DNA from: Octopus vulgaris
Taxonomy: Eukaryota
Reading direction: 5' to 3'
Length of the DNA: 64,000 nucleotides
Assembly: GCA_951406725.2 (NCBI GenBank)
Contig: OX597817.1
Span: 119,598,001-119,662,000 of the forward strand
Shown: positions 1-12,334 of the stretch, in pieces
How positions within the stretch are numbered: the stretch's first letter is position 1
How the letters are laid out: every line of letters starts with the position of its first letter
Program-made: the position numbers and the translations under genes
The notes under the pieces: generated by a model
What the model was told of the DNA's origin: nothing
The model's input: only the letters and a program-made list of their open reading frames with translations
Database searches by the model: none

Positions 1-3000
1 TAACAAGCGGTGTGTTTCTTTATGAAACGATTTTGATTATTTTTTCCATAAAAAATGTATAGTTCTGATTCTGATTTACAATTTCATTTTCACTTCATTT
101 ATTTTAATTTTCATTATATTTATATTTATCTTTCACTTTGTCAGATATTTTCCATTGACACAGATATGCAAGCACAAATACTCACGTACATATAACTAAG
201 AGACACACATAAATAAATGTAAAAACAGATATACACAAATATAGTGACATACTACATGCAATGTTAAAATGTGAATGCATAAGCCTAGTAGAAATTAATC
301 TTGTGTTGAAAAGAGAAATTAAACTTGGTTTAAGAATATCATTTTTAAATATTATTTTTATGCAATCATTAAAAATAACTACTTTTCTTTTCTGTAACAG
401 TAGTTGATGCAGTTTAATCTCTTTTTGGATCAATATTCTATAATGATGAAATACTTATATGGAAGTAATTAGAAATAATGAAAAGCAAACATACTCTCCT
501 GATGTTTCATCTCAAATCTATTGATTATTGGATTGTAACGAAACAGATCCTTGCCAGTATAAATTCAGACAATTATTCTAAGCAGAATTTATGCTGAATT
601 TATTCACAATCATATTCTACTGATAAAATTGATGGGGTAAAAGCAAAAATGATGCAGGATCTCATGTATATTTACATATAACAAAATATTTAGTAAAAAT
701 GAGAGGAAGAGGACAGCTCTTTCTTTCTGAACAAGATTTATGAATACATTGCATGTAAGTGACCACATTTCTTATTAGAAGACTTTTGTCTAAGGCTACA
801 TCCTATTATTCAGTAAATATTACACTCTAGGAGTCACAAGCCTCTTTTAATAAGATGCATGTATCCAAGATGTGTTTAGCATGATGGAAAGAAAACAGAA
901 ATTATTCAACTCCTTCCATTTTAGCCTAAATGTACATTTAAGTATCAAGGTGATTGAAAGATTGCAATTTAAGTCTAAATATTAGCTAGTGTGTAAAACA
1001 TATTCATGCTATAGAATGCCCTGAATTATAGAATTACATTCAGGAAACAGAAATTTTAGCAATAAGGATATGATAGACTCTCAGTTGGAAAATCTGTAGT
1101 TGAAAGCTTGCATGTTCCTCCCTTTCAGACTTTAAGAGCCGTTTTTTATTCTATTTAATATTACAATTGAAGAACAATAGCATAGTTACTTGTTTTAAAT
1201 GGACCCCTCATAGGTACACAGTAGAGCTGATGGTCTGACTAATGAGGGAGTATTATTTGTAAATTGGTGGAGAATAAATACAGTAATGGACTTCATTCAA
1301 AGATTAGTACTCTGTAGGTTTGCATATTGGTATTGATATCTTTCATTGATAAAAATTTACATACATACACACTTACACATTCCCATGAATAGCTTCTACA
1401 TTAACAAATCCCAGTCAGTTTGAGGCTGCAGGAAAAGATACTTGCCAATCTGCTGTGCAATCAAACCCAGAATTATGTGGTTACAAATCAAACTCCTTTA
1501 ACAGACCACCCACTAGTGCTCAACACAACTGATAAGATGCCAAACAAAGACAAATGTATGCTAATTCCAGGAAGACAGTTTATTTTTGAGATGTTGCAGT
1601 TTGTGAAGCAACTGCGGAAAATTTCTTGAAAACAGGTAGTTTTATGAACTCATCCAAACTTACATCCATACCATCATGTACACTCAACAATAAAAACAAT
1701 TTTATAAACACACATAAAATACAAATGCACAAGGAGACAAACATGCATGCGAAAAATAGATACACACTAAATTTGTATTTTTAAATATAAAATCATAAGA
1801 TATTTTTTACAAGAAAAACCCCAGCTAAAAGCTAAATGTACTGAATATTTTCAAATTAAATTTTCACATATACTTCCTCTGTGCTGGTTAAGTGTGAAAA
1901 ATAGTTAAATATTTATCAAAACTAAATTGAGCTTTAAAAAGAATGATAATTTCAAAATTAAATTTTAATTATCCATGGTGTAATTTAGATAAATAGTAAA
2001 TAATATTGAATTACATTCTTACTATGCATATTTTTTTTCATTATGAATAACAAGGGAATATTTTTTCTTTAACTATATTTAAATGTCTTTTGTTTCTTGT
2101 TTCTTAGAAAATAAATTTTATATTTGCCTGATATTATCAACTAATTAAATATCATCACTATATATTTATACACAAATATTTCTCATTGAACTCTATATTC
2201 TGTATTTATATATTCCTTTTTTTATCTGCATATATATCTAATATGTTCTATTGGTGCTACTCTCATTACATATGCAGATTACTTGCACTAAAATAAGTGC
2301 AAACTCTTATGAACTCAGTATATTGTGTATGTTCAATATATGAATCTAAGGAGTGGATAAATAATACAATTGTAAACATAATTGCTCAACTTTAGAATGC
2401 TATAAAACTGACCAATTTTTTACCTCTGGTTTTTGGATAGTTGCTTTCATAAGTTAAGCAATTTTCCTTTGCTGCAAGAAACACATATCATGTAAATGAC
2501 ATTCAAGAATGAAAAAACAGAAATTATTCACTGGTGATTGGAGAGATCTCATGGATATATGAAATTTTATCTATATTGAAGAGTTCTATGAGTTAGACTC
2601 AATGCATGTTGCTTTTTTTTTTAATTTAAAATTTGTAAAAGATATCCATTACATGATTATTAATTGTATAGTGAAGACAATTAGAAATAGTAAAAATATA
2701 ATGATGTACTGAGCTCAGAAAATAATTATATGGATTAACTTTTTCCAGTTTAACTAAAACATTACTGATCAATGGAAGTTTAATAGACAAACATTATAAG
2801 TAATTGAATTTTAATAATAGCTTATTTCAATTTATTTATATTTGATCAGTGAGATATCAAGGTACAATATTCAGAATTTTGTCAAATGTAGCAAAATTTT
2901 AAAAACAATTTTGCTAGATTTAAAAATGGTATTGCTTTTAACATAATATTTCATAGTTAAAATAAAACATTTAAACTCAATATAATCACATCAAAATATA

Positions 3001-6000
3001 TTACAAATAAAAGAAAATTATTCTTATGAAAATGTCAGAAATCAAAATTTTGTTAATGTTACAAATCATTATTATTCTTATGAGAAATTAGGAAATTATT
3101 TAGATGAATAAGAATTGCTTAGATTCTAAATCATAACGTATCTGAGTATCTTACAATTTAGTTTAATCTGCACATGTATAAACGAAAAAAATAAATGGAG
3201 CAAGAAATTCTGTACATTAATATCAAATAGATTTATTGCAGTAACAGAATAGTGTTTTCCTTCCATAACATGGTTCTCTTCTCAAATAAAATCGTATGTA
3301 TATGGTCTTCAGTGAAATTCTTTGCTTTTGAAAAAGATATTCTGATCTGTAATAGCTAGTGTTTTTTAAATAAACAGCTTAAAGTAATTTATTTCTCTTC
3401 AAAATTAAAGTAAATTCTTTAAGATCTGCTACAGCAATATTTAGGATAAAAAAGTGTTCTGCAGGTACAATTACTGTTCCATAAAATATTTGCCATTCCC
3501 ATATGGTTAATATATAATTTAATCCTAGAAAGAGAATATAACTTAGATTTTTTCCATATTTATGAAAAAAAAAAATTTGATATAAAAAAAAGTTTAGTAT
3601 TGGTTTAAGTCAAATACAGTTTAAAAAATTAGGGTTAAGAAAATACGTGTTAAACACAGTATCAAAACCTTATTTCAGGATAAGTCCCAGAGAGCAGTGC
3701 ATCTTGAAGATGAAACAATTGTTATGGTAATATAAATTTTTTTGATGGAACATTCTGTCTTTTCCTTTTATCTTTAACATATATATATATATATATATAT
3801 CTACACTTTTATATAGTTTTGGGAGCAGATTCAAGACAAAAACCAAAGAAAGGTATCTCTGTAAGTGGCATATTCTGTGATTAAATGACAATTCAGATTG
3901 GTTCTATATATTAAACCATATATATGGTACTGCTGGAAGAATGTTTAAAAACAATTTTTTTAAATTCTAAAATAATTTGTCATTAAGCTTTTGAAGTCAC
4001 TGGAATACAAATTTTATCATAATTTTATAGTCAATTTAATCTTGCATTGAAAGTTTGTAAAATGTTTCTTATTTACTGGGCTTCTAACTCTTCATGATTC
4101 AACTTTTATCATCCAAATCTCATTATTTAAGATATTCCAAAATAAAAAGAGTAGGACATATCTTTCTGATGAATTTTTCACTGATTTCATATAACACTGG
4201 AGAATTCTGCAGAATACAGTGTCATTCATCTAGGTTCAACTTAGATATTAGGAAGTCTTAAAGCATTTCTTATGATAATTTCAATAGAGAATAAATATAG
4301 AGTAGGTAGATGTTTAAGAGTATCTTTTCCAGAGAATAAATCAAATTGCCTGTCATAAGAGAAATATTACTATTAATAATTTATGTGTTAACACTTACAA
4401 ATAGTTGGCAAAATAAAACTTGCTGATTAAGCAAATTTATTAAAAGACAATAGATTTCAAGTGGCTGTCAGTAGCTAAGACTGAAAGAGTGACTCATACA
4501 TTTCAAGTAGTATTTCAAAGACAGCAAGTAAGGCATGTTGTTAGATGTGAAACAATATAGAGACTATTTAGATTGAATAACTTTTAATTATTGCCATAGA
4601 AACAAATATATTATTGTGATACTGATGATAAATGGCTGAATGAACTGTATGAATTTGACAAGTAATGAAGCTTTTCTGTTATGGAAGTGAAAATTTAAAG
4701 TGACATGATAATAGTTAGCTGTTAAATTACAGGGAAATTTGAAAAAGAGTAATTCCTAAAGACAATACAGTGTGTGTGTGGGTGTATGACTGAGTAAATT
4801 AGTTTACTGCTCATTACATTTATCTTCTTCAGTGATAAATAGAAATTATATCAGAACTAATTTATAGGCCTATACTGAACACAATACTTGCAACACCAAG
4901 ATAAAGCAGTTATTTTTCTTTATCAAAATACATCATTAACCCTCTCTTTATACTAAATTAGTTACTAATATTCAAAATTTGTCAATCTGTCAATTGATTG
5001 ATCCTTTTAATACTTGGGTGTAAAGCAAGATTGTGAGCCAGCAGAACCATTAGCATGCCAGATAAAATGTTTAGAGGTAATTTGTCCAACTTCACATTCT
5101 GAGTTGAAATGCCTTTGTTAACTTTGACTTTCATGCCTTTGGGGGTCAATAAAATAAGTACCAGTTCATCAATGGGGTCAATATAATCAACTTATACATT
5201 TCCCTTGAAATTGCTGGCCTTTTGTCAAAACTTGAAACATATTTGGGTGTAAAAACACTACTTTGAATTTAGCTAATCATATTAATAAATTAATTACTGC
5301 ATGAAATATGGCACAAGTACATAGAAAAACAAACTTTGGTGATAATGATTTTAATAAAAATGATCTTCATTGAAACAGAATGTGTTCAACTAAAACTATC
5401 CTTTAGTCACAGAATAGTCACCTGGTTTCTTGATCCTTCTAAATCAATATTTTGTTCTTAATGGTCAATCATAAATAATTTCACATAGTATTTAGGGATT
5501 TTCTATATTTCAGTTTGTAAACAACGACAGTGATGTTAGAAGCAGGTATCCAGTGGGTCAATCATTAGTTCACTGCATGACAGTAACAAAGGCATCTCTG
5601 TGAAACTTGCTGCAGAGCAACTATCAACATAAAACTTTATGTGAAGAGTACTGGATATTTAAATCCCTCACTACAAGCTTCCATACAGTTCCTGTGGTTA
5701 AGGTGCAAGACACATATCCAGTGTTCCATGCAGCACAATGAAATACGGTAAGCATATGGTTGTAAATCAAATCTCTTAATCATACAACCATATTAAAGGT
5801 CTTTCTTTCTTACCATTAATTCTTCAACAAAATTTTTAAGCATGAAAACCTGTATATAAATGAACTCAACAAATTCAAGAGCTTTATCCAGTGTTCATTA
5901 GTTTTATTTTAAATATAAATATGAAATTAATTTTAAGATGCCACAAGACAGGGGTAAAACTAAATTCAACACCTTTTTTTTTGTATTTACAACACAGATA

Positions 6001-8435
6001 AGGTTGAATTTTATATATTACTGTGTGCATAGCAACGATGCTAAGACATTTCACTTCCATTTCTCAGAAATCATTTTCGGCTTTTATTTGGCAACATGAA
6101 TCATGACTTCAAAACATATAGTTCCAACTGAATATTCCTTTCTTTTTTCTCTCTCTTTCAATATCATCGTTTCATTTCTCTTAATATAGTGTTTATCCTA
6201 TTTCTTAAAATTCCTGTTCAGTTCTTTTTTATTTATCACTATGCCGTGTATATCGTTAAATATAGAGGAAGTAATAAGTATCTTGCTTCTAATAAAACGT
6301 GAAATCAGAACACTGATTTGGAAGCTGTGACTTAGAATATAGCTATCATTCTGCTTTTTAATGTTGGAGTTCATTGATTTTCAGTTAATAATTAAAGTAT
6401 TGATAATAACTTGAGATAAATAAACTAATCAATAAAAAAATAACTGTTTCATTGTAGCTGGAATTGCAAACAAAAAGAGTAAATAACTAATGTAACCCAT
6501 TTCATTAGAGAGCTTTATTTGCAGATTTTTTTTTCCTTGAGGTGCCATTTCATTTTTTTTTAAACTTCTAACAAGCTATTTTCAGCTCATTAAGCTTTAC
6601 AGATGTAACTTTTCCAACAGTATCTTTTCAATTTAAGAACGATGGTGATTAAGATCTATTTCAAATAAGAAAATAAAATATTTCATGACTTTTTTTTTTG
6701 TTCACATTTCATTTACTTACACAATAGTCATTAACTCTTAATAATGTTGACTATAATTACATGAATTTGGAATAATACTTTATTGCTCTTATTATAGTGG
6801 AATGGATGCTATGATATATCCATTAGATATTTCAAAAGTACATACATGTTTCAATTTCAGGTTTTGGCAATAATTATTTCACTTATGATTTGTATTATTC
6901 TGAGTGAGATACTAACATCAAAATATGTGACCTCATGTATAATGATTAAAATTAAACCACTTACAAACCTAGCCACTATAATGAATCAATTCACAAACTA
7001 AAAATATCTGGTATGTTTCAAAGTTTTTAAGTATTTTACAACCTTTCTGAGAATCAGTTTAAAATACATCAATGAAAACGTTACAATGTATGCATGAGAT
7101 TTTTAAAAATAATTTTCACCATGAAAGTAAATGGAAAGAGTATTTTGATATTTTCTCCATTTTTCATATGACATATTCTTAGACAACAGAACTACTTTTA
7201 GTAATGGTGCCAATGACCTTGGAAAAACTATAAATGCTTCACATCTATTGTTTTCATCACTGTAACTTTGTATAAATATGATGTATACACTTTTCTTTTG
7301 TAAAGTGCATCAAACAATTTTCAGATGATTAAATACAAACTGTCATTTTCGTATATCTATGAGATTTCAACTCTATCGAATGACACAAAATAATCAGATT
7401 TCATGAAACAAGTTACATTTAGGAAAATAAAATAAAACAGTTGTATATCCAATCACATTTGATATAATATAAATGTTTGATTCTAATCATATGTCATATG
7501 TTTAATGAATTAAAAGTAAAACTATTTCAAATAATTTAGTAGATCTATTTACAAGGAACCAATAATACATTTATCATGTTTATAATTCTAAGTTTAATTA
7601 TTCTGAGTTCAACTGGCACAATACACTGTAGATTTGTAATGAATAATAGATTAATATTCATTACTGGTTTTAAGCCATTTAAAATGTGAGAAATACTTTT
7701 ATAAATGATTTTAGAGGTCACACTGTGAATTAAGTTTCAGACTAAAGCAATATTTGTCATTTCTCAAGTCTTTGTTTTTTTTTAAAGAAAATTGTTATAA
7801 ATTATGTTTAATGACACAAATTTTTAATATTTATATTTTTAAAAATCTATTTAAAATTAATGGATATTACTTAAACCTGAACTAAAGTCTTAAATATATT
7901 ACAAGTGTATTTGTAAGTTCTAATTAACTTAGTGTCAATCTTTTGAAGAGAACCATGTTTTGTGCAAAGGTAACAACATTTCATTTCTATAAAAACATTC
8001 AGAAATATTGAAAGAATTTAAATATTAAAAAAAAAATCAACGGCTTAAGTATAAATAATTATGAAGTGCAGAGTAAACATTTTACATGAATATATATATA
8101 TATATATGAAAATTATCAAATATTTTGAGATGAAGTTATATTAAAATTACAGGTATAGAAAGAAACAAAAAACTATTAATAAATATCAGTATGAAAATAA
8201 TGAGAGATATTGTCCAAACAAATCTCTAAACAGATATTTTATTATTACCAGAATTTATAAGCATCTCAAAGTGCTTCGGTGAAGCATTTCTTATACTAAT
8301 AACATTACAAGGGAAAATGTGTAAAGTTCACACAACACATACTAAAAATGTATAATCATTCAAAAAAGCTTGAAAGATAGAAAAACAAATTTTGAGAGTG
8401 CATGAGCTTGCAGTAAATACAACAATTCTCATTAC

Positions 8436-8508
8436 CTGGATTTACGGCATTGCTTAGATGTATAGAATATGTCAGTGCTAGGATAATCCCTTGTAGGATA
8501 TTCACCAT
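8436..8508 (-). CDS. Probable first coding exon of a large minus-strand gene for a secreted or type-I membrane protein (signal peptide MVNILQGIILALTYSIHLSNA|VNP, phase-1 intron follows)
   Basis: Minus strand reads ...ctttttttggtttatttcAG|ATGGTGAATATC...GCCGTAAATCCAG|GTaatg: strong polypyrimidine acceptor, CAG|GTAAT donor, ATG as the first three exon bases, 24 codons + 1 nt, hydrophobic core and S-x-A cleavage motif. A second frame (GEYPTRDYPSTDIFYTSKQCRKS) is also open. No downstream exon identified in 1-8435. Confidence 0.65.
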
Positions 8509-10198
8509 CTGAAATAAACCAAAAAAAGTTCTAATTTAACTTTCATTTGATAATCAGAAGATAAATGAGATTATTACAGTGAATGCAAAGATACATGAAA
8601 TCTAAATTTCACACTTTATTTTCATTTAGAAGAAAAAAGTCTTCGAGTCAGTTTTACTATTTTTTAAGCTACTTTACATTTTATATCATAAAACAAAAAA
8701 GAAAAAACAGTTGTATGGCTCATAAAGTTCTGAGAGATTGGCAGTATATTCAGAAATGTACGTCTTTTTTCACTTCTAAATTTCTATTCTAAGCCTTTAA
8801 TTCTTCAGCCATCATGCTCAGTTTGATGATAAAAATATTTCATAGCAACAGGAATTACACCAACAATACATAGCCTGCATTTTTATTTCATGGAAATGTA
8901 TATCAAATAAAATTAAATAACAAACAAAATTACTGGGAAGAGACAAAGGAAGTAATGATGGTAGGCTGACTGGAGATTTTTAGTGGAAGAAATGCCATAA
9001 GAGCTTTAACATCAAAATGATTTGATACTTGAAATTTAATTATTAAAATATTTTCACCCTATCTAACTAAATGATGAAATTTGACATTATTAATTTTTAA
9101 TTCTTTTTCTTTTCTCATAAAATTTAAAGAAAAACAAATGACACTAAAATATTGATTGCTGATGATAACTAAATTCTATAAGAGGGATTAAATTGAAAAG
9201 CAGAGGTAACAGTTGTTAGACAAAACATTCAGAATGCTGCTGTGTTCAAAATGTTACCAAAAGAAATTTATAAGGAGGAAGAGACAAAAACAAAAAAAGG
9301 AAAACTTTTGTAGTGCTAAATCAAGTTGCATGAAATTCTTTTACTAATTTTCCGTTTCTAATTCATTGAAATGTTCTAAGCATTTGGTGGAAAATAATTT
9401 GCAGGATGTGGTAAGTTAATAACAGATGACAATTAAAAATAAAATACTTCTAAATACAACTGTTTCCAACTAAAGCCAGAAAAAAAAAACAATATAGTAA
9501 TGAGATTGATAATTAATGTGAATGCTGATTTTGAAATTGAGATTTACACAAATAACATAAGTAGGAGGATGGTGAAAGAAATTAAAAAAATATAAAGGGA
9601 ATAAAATTCTTTATATAATGTCACGAAATGAGATAAAAACAAAAGAAATAGGATTATGCAGTTTCATTGAGAAATGTCTTTCTCATACTTTCATGGAGCA
9701 GTTCCTTGAGCAAGTTTTAAATGGTTGAGAGAGAAAGAGAGAGATGTGAATGAAGTAAGAATGAAAAGATATAATAAAAAGACATACAGGGAGTTAAAGC
9801 AAGAACATTTGAAAGTAATTGTTAAAGCCATTGACTGGTTTTCTTATATTTACAGAGTCTTATAAATTATGTAAAAGCTCGTGTGGGCACATCATATCTC
9901 TATTCTCTAACTATTACATCTGTTTCCATGAAAAAGACTATCAGTGTTTAATTTTTGAAGTTGTTTTCCATGAATTTTAATGTGAAATTGTGTGTTGAAA
10001 TTAATATGTTTTTTACTTTGGGAGGAACATTTTGCCTGTAAAAACATGCACTGTTTGTAGTTCACTTCAGTTTTATTGATTATTAATTAATTCTTATTGA
10101 TTGGTTTATCGTAAACATTTTATCACATTTCTACAGTTTTTGCAATGATTTCAAAGATTTTTCAATTTGCAACTCATTCTCTTTCCTTCTATTTATTT

Positions 10199-10355
10199 TG
10201 TTGTCAAGTATTTACATTTATCAAGAAAGTGAGTGCATTGTCAAATGTTTATAAGTTGTCAGACGTTTATATGTTGTCAAATGTTTATATGTTGTCAAGC
10301 AAAAGAGTGTGTTGTCAAACATTTATATGCTGTCAAGCAAGTGAGCCTGTTGTCA
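10199..10355. repeat. Minisatellite of 18- and 20-bp units sharing TTGTCAA
   Basis: Units ttgtcaaatgtttatatg and ttgtcaagcaa(a/g)(a/t)gagtgtg, ~8 copies interleaved. Confidence 0.85.
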
Positions 10356-11414
10356 CTGTGTTCCTTTTTATTTTCATCGTCTATTTTTTTAAAATTTCCA
10401 TTTGCTTATTTCTATCTTTCTTGGTGCTAATATAAGAATGTATGAGTGAGAATGTGTTCACAGTTTGTAGGTTGTAAGTGTGCATGTGTGTAGTTCATAT
10501 GTTGTGTGCATGTATGCAGTTTGAAGCAATGTTGTGTTCATAGTTTGAGTGTGTATCTGTGTGGTTAAATTTAGGTGACTTTAATCATATCATATATTAT
10601 TTTTTTATATTTCTAGTGGTGAGGGTAAAATTGTTAATATACTTATTCTTTCTACTGATGATGGGTGACAGTTCAGAATCTGTTTCCAGAATGCATAGCA
10701 ACTCTTTCGCCTAATGAGGTAACAGATTTTTAGCATGTGTGGACAGAAATTTTATTTCAACATTATTTATTGATCGGCTGTGTTTCTGTATGGCATGAGT
10801 GAACTATGGATTTCTATTTCTTTACCTTGTTTCATACCATTGTTCTCCATCCTTTCACATAAACAACAGGCTGTGTCTTATATATAAGCTGCATTGTTGT
10901 CCTTACACAACTCATCAATGCACATTATATGATATACTACACTCCTTTAAATTTCCTTGTCTTTTCTCTACCAATTCCACCCTACCTATGTTTGGCTTTT
11001 TACCTTGGTGGTGGTGGTACTGTCTCTTCTACTCAATCCTACTCTCTTTTGCTTCCTCCTCACAATTATAATTAATCCCTTCAACAGCTCCCGCTTTCTT
11101 TTTCTTAATTTTCCCCCCCTTTTTCTTTTGTATTCCTCTTTAAATTGCTTGCCACCTTTCACCTAATATATATTTGCTATGTACGATAAACCAGTTTCCT
11201 CTGCAGATGTAATTATTGAAATATATTGGTTATATTGTCAGGAAATAACAATAAATAATACCTACTCTGCGCTTAACATTATACTCATTTTTAAACTCAT
11301 TTTTAATTATGTATGAGTGCACACATCATATACATATAAAATTCACAGCACTTGATCTGGATATCATATGCATCTGATGTGTGTGTGTGAGAGAGAGAGA
11401 GGGGGAGAGAGAGA

Positions 11415-11458
<44 letters not shown>

Positions 11459-11479
11459 TACATAATCTCTGAGATGATG

Positions 11480-11990
11480 AACCTACACTTTTTCAGGGTG
11501 CAGGCTTTGGCATGAAATTTTGCGGTACCAGACATTGCTAACACAGCAAATCTCAACTTTCTGTTTCACAACTGTAATTCAAGGAAGGGTAGGAGCCAAT
11601 ACATTTGATAGCAAGAACAATGTTGTAGGCTGCTCTGTATTGTCTCATGGACTTCAGCTCCAGATTTTCTCCCTGTATTATCTCCTGAAGGCTTACAAAA
11701 GGTTAGATGTAGCTGTAAAACTATGGAAGTTTTAACATTAGTCTCTTCCTTTAAGGTGAGTTGTCAATCATTGTTGATGATGCCCATCTCTATCTCCTTG
11801 AATCAACTGGTTTTAGTGCACCAGTGATTGGTCTTTACTCTTTCATCATTCAACAGTAAAAGATTTCCGTGCTAAATCACTCAACTAGACTTTGTTGTCA
11901 GAGGTTGTTTGTGTTGGATGCTGTGGAGAAATGTTTTGACAAAGAACTTCTCTCATCCGTCATTCACAGACACCCTTGTGAGTGAATTAA
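11480..11990 (-). mobile_element. Probable RTE-clade LINE 5' region relic
   Basis: Motifs cctttaaggtgagttgtca..., aactggttttagtgcaccagtg and gactttgttgtcagaggttgtt resemble the reverse complement of RTE 5'UTR sequence as I recall it. Locally higher GC; no intact ORF. Confidence 0.45.
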
Positions 11991-12110
11991 ATGTGAATTC
12001 AATAATGACTACTATCGCGATAATGACAAAAATGAAGAGGTTGAGTCAAAGGAAGGTAAAAAAATAGGAGAAGATGGGCATGAAATGAATGGATAAAATA
12101 AAATGTTTAA

Positions 12111-12334
12111 CCCTTTATAACATTCAGCTTACTCAGTGAAATGTAATGCTTATTTATTCACGTTTTTTTAAAAACTACTTGTATATTATCTCATAGCTTA
12201 GAGATTTCAAAGATGAAATTATTCATTTTTAGAATGACATTGTATGGACGGTGTGAGACGTTGAATCTGGCCAGTTTGAAAGTAAACAGGTAGAATATTT
12301 GGGTCAGATATGGTCAGTTTTAAATGCTAAAGGG
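12111..12334. mobile_element. piggyBac-like MITE, family P1, copy 1
   Basis: TTAA|cccttta..catt ... aatgctaaaggg|TTAA: TTAA duplications at 12107-12110 and 12335-12338, CCC...GGG termini. Homologous copy in opposite orientation at 56979-57197. Confidence 0.8.

Noticed and set aside
3679-3726. Plus-strand 48-nt exon-like segment (DKSQRAVHLEDETIVM); similar candidate at ~35845-35907
   Set aside because: Isolated, with moderate splice sites, no recognisable homology and no compatible partner exons.
10199-10355. Repeat array as CRISPR
   Set aside because: Eukaryotic context, no unique spacers, no cas genes.
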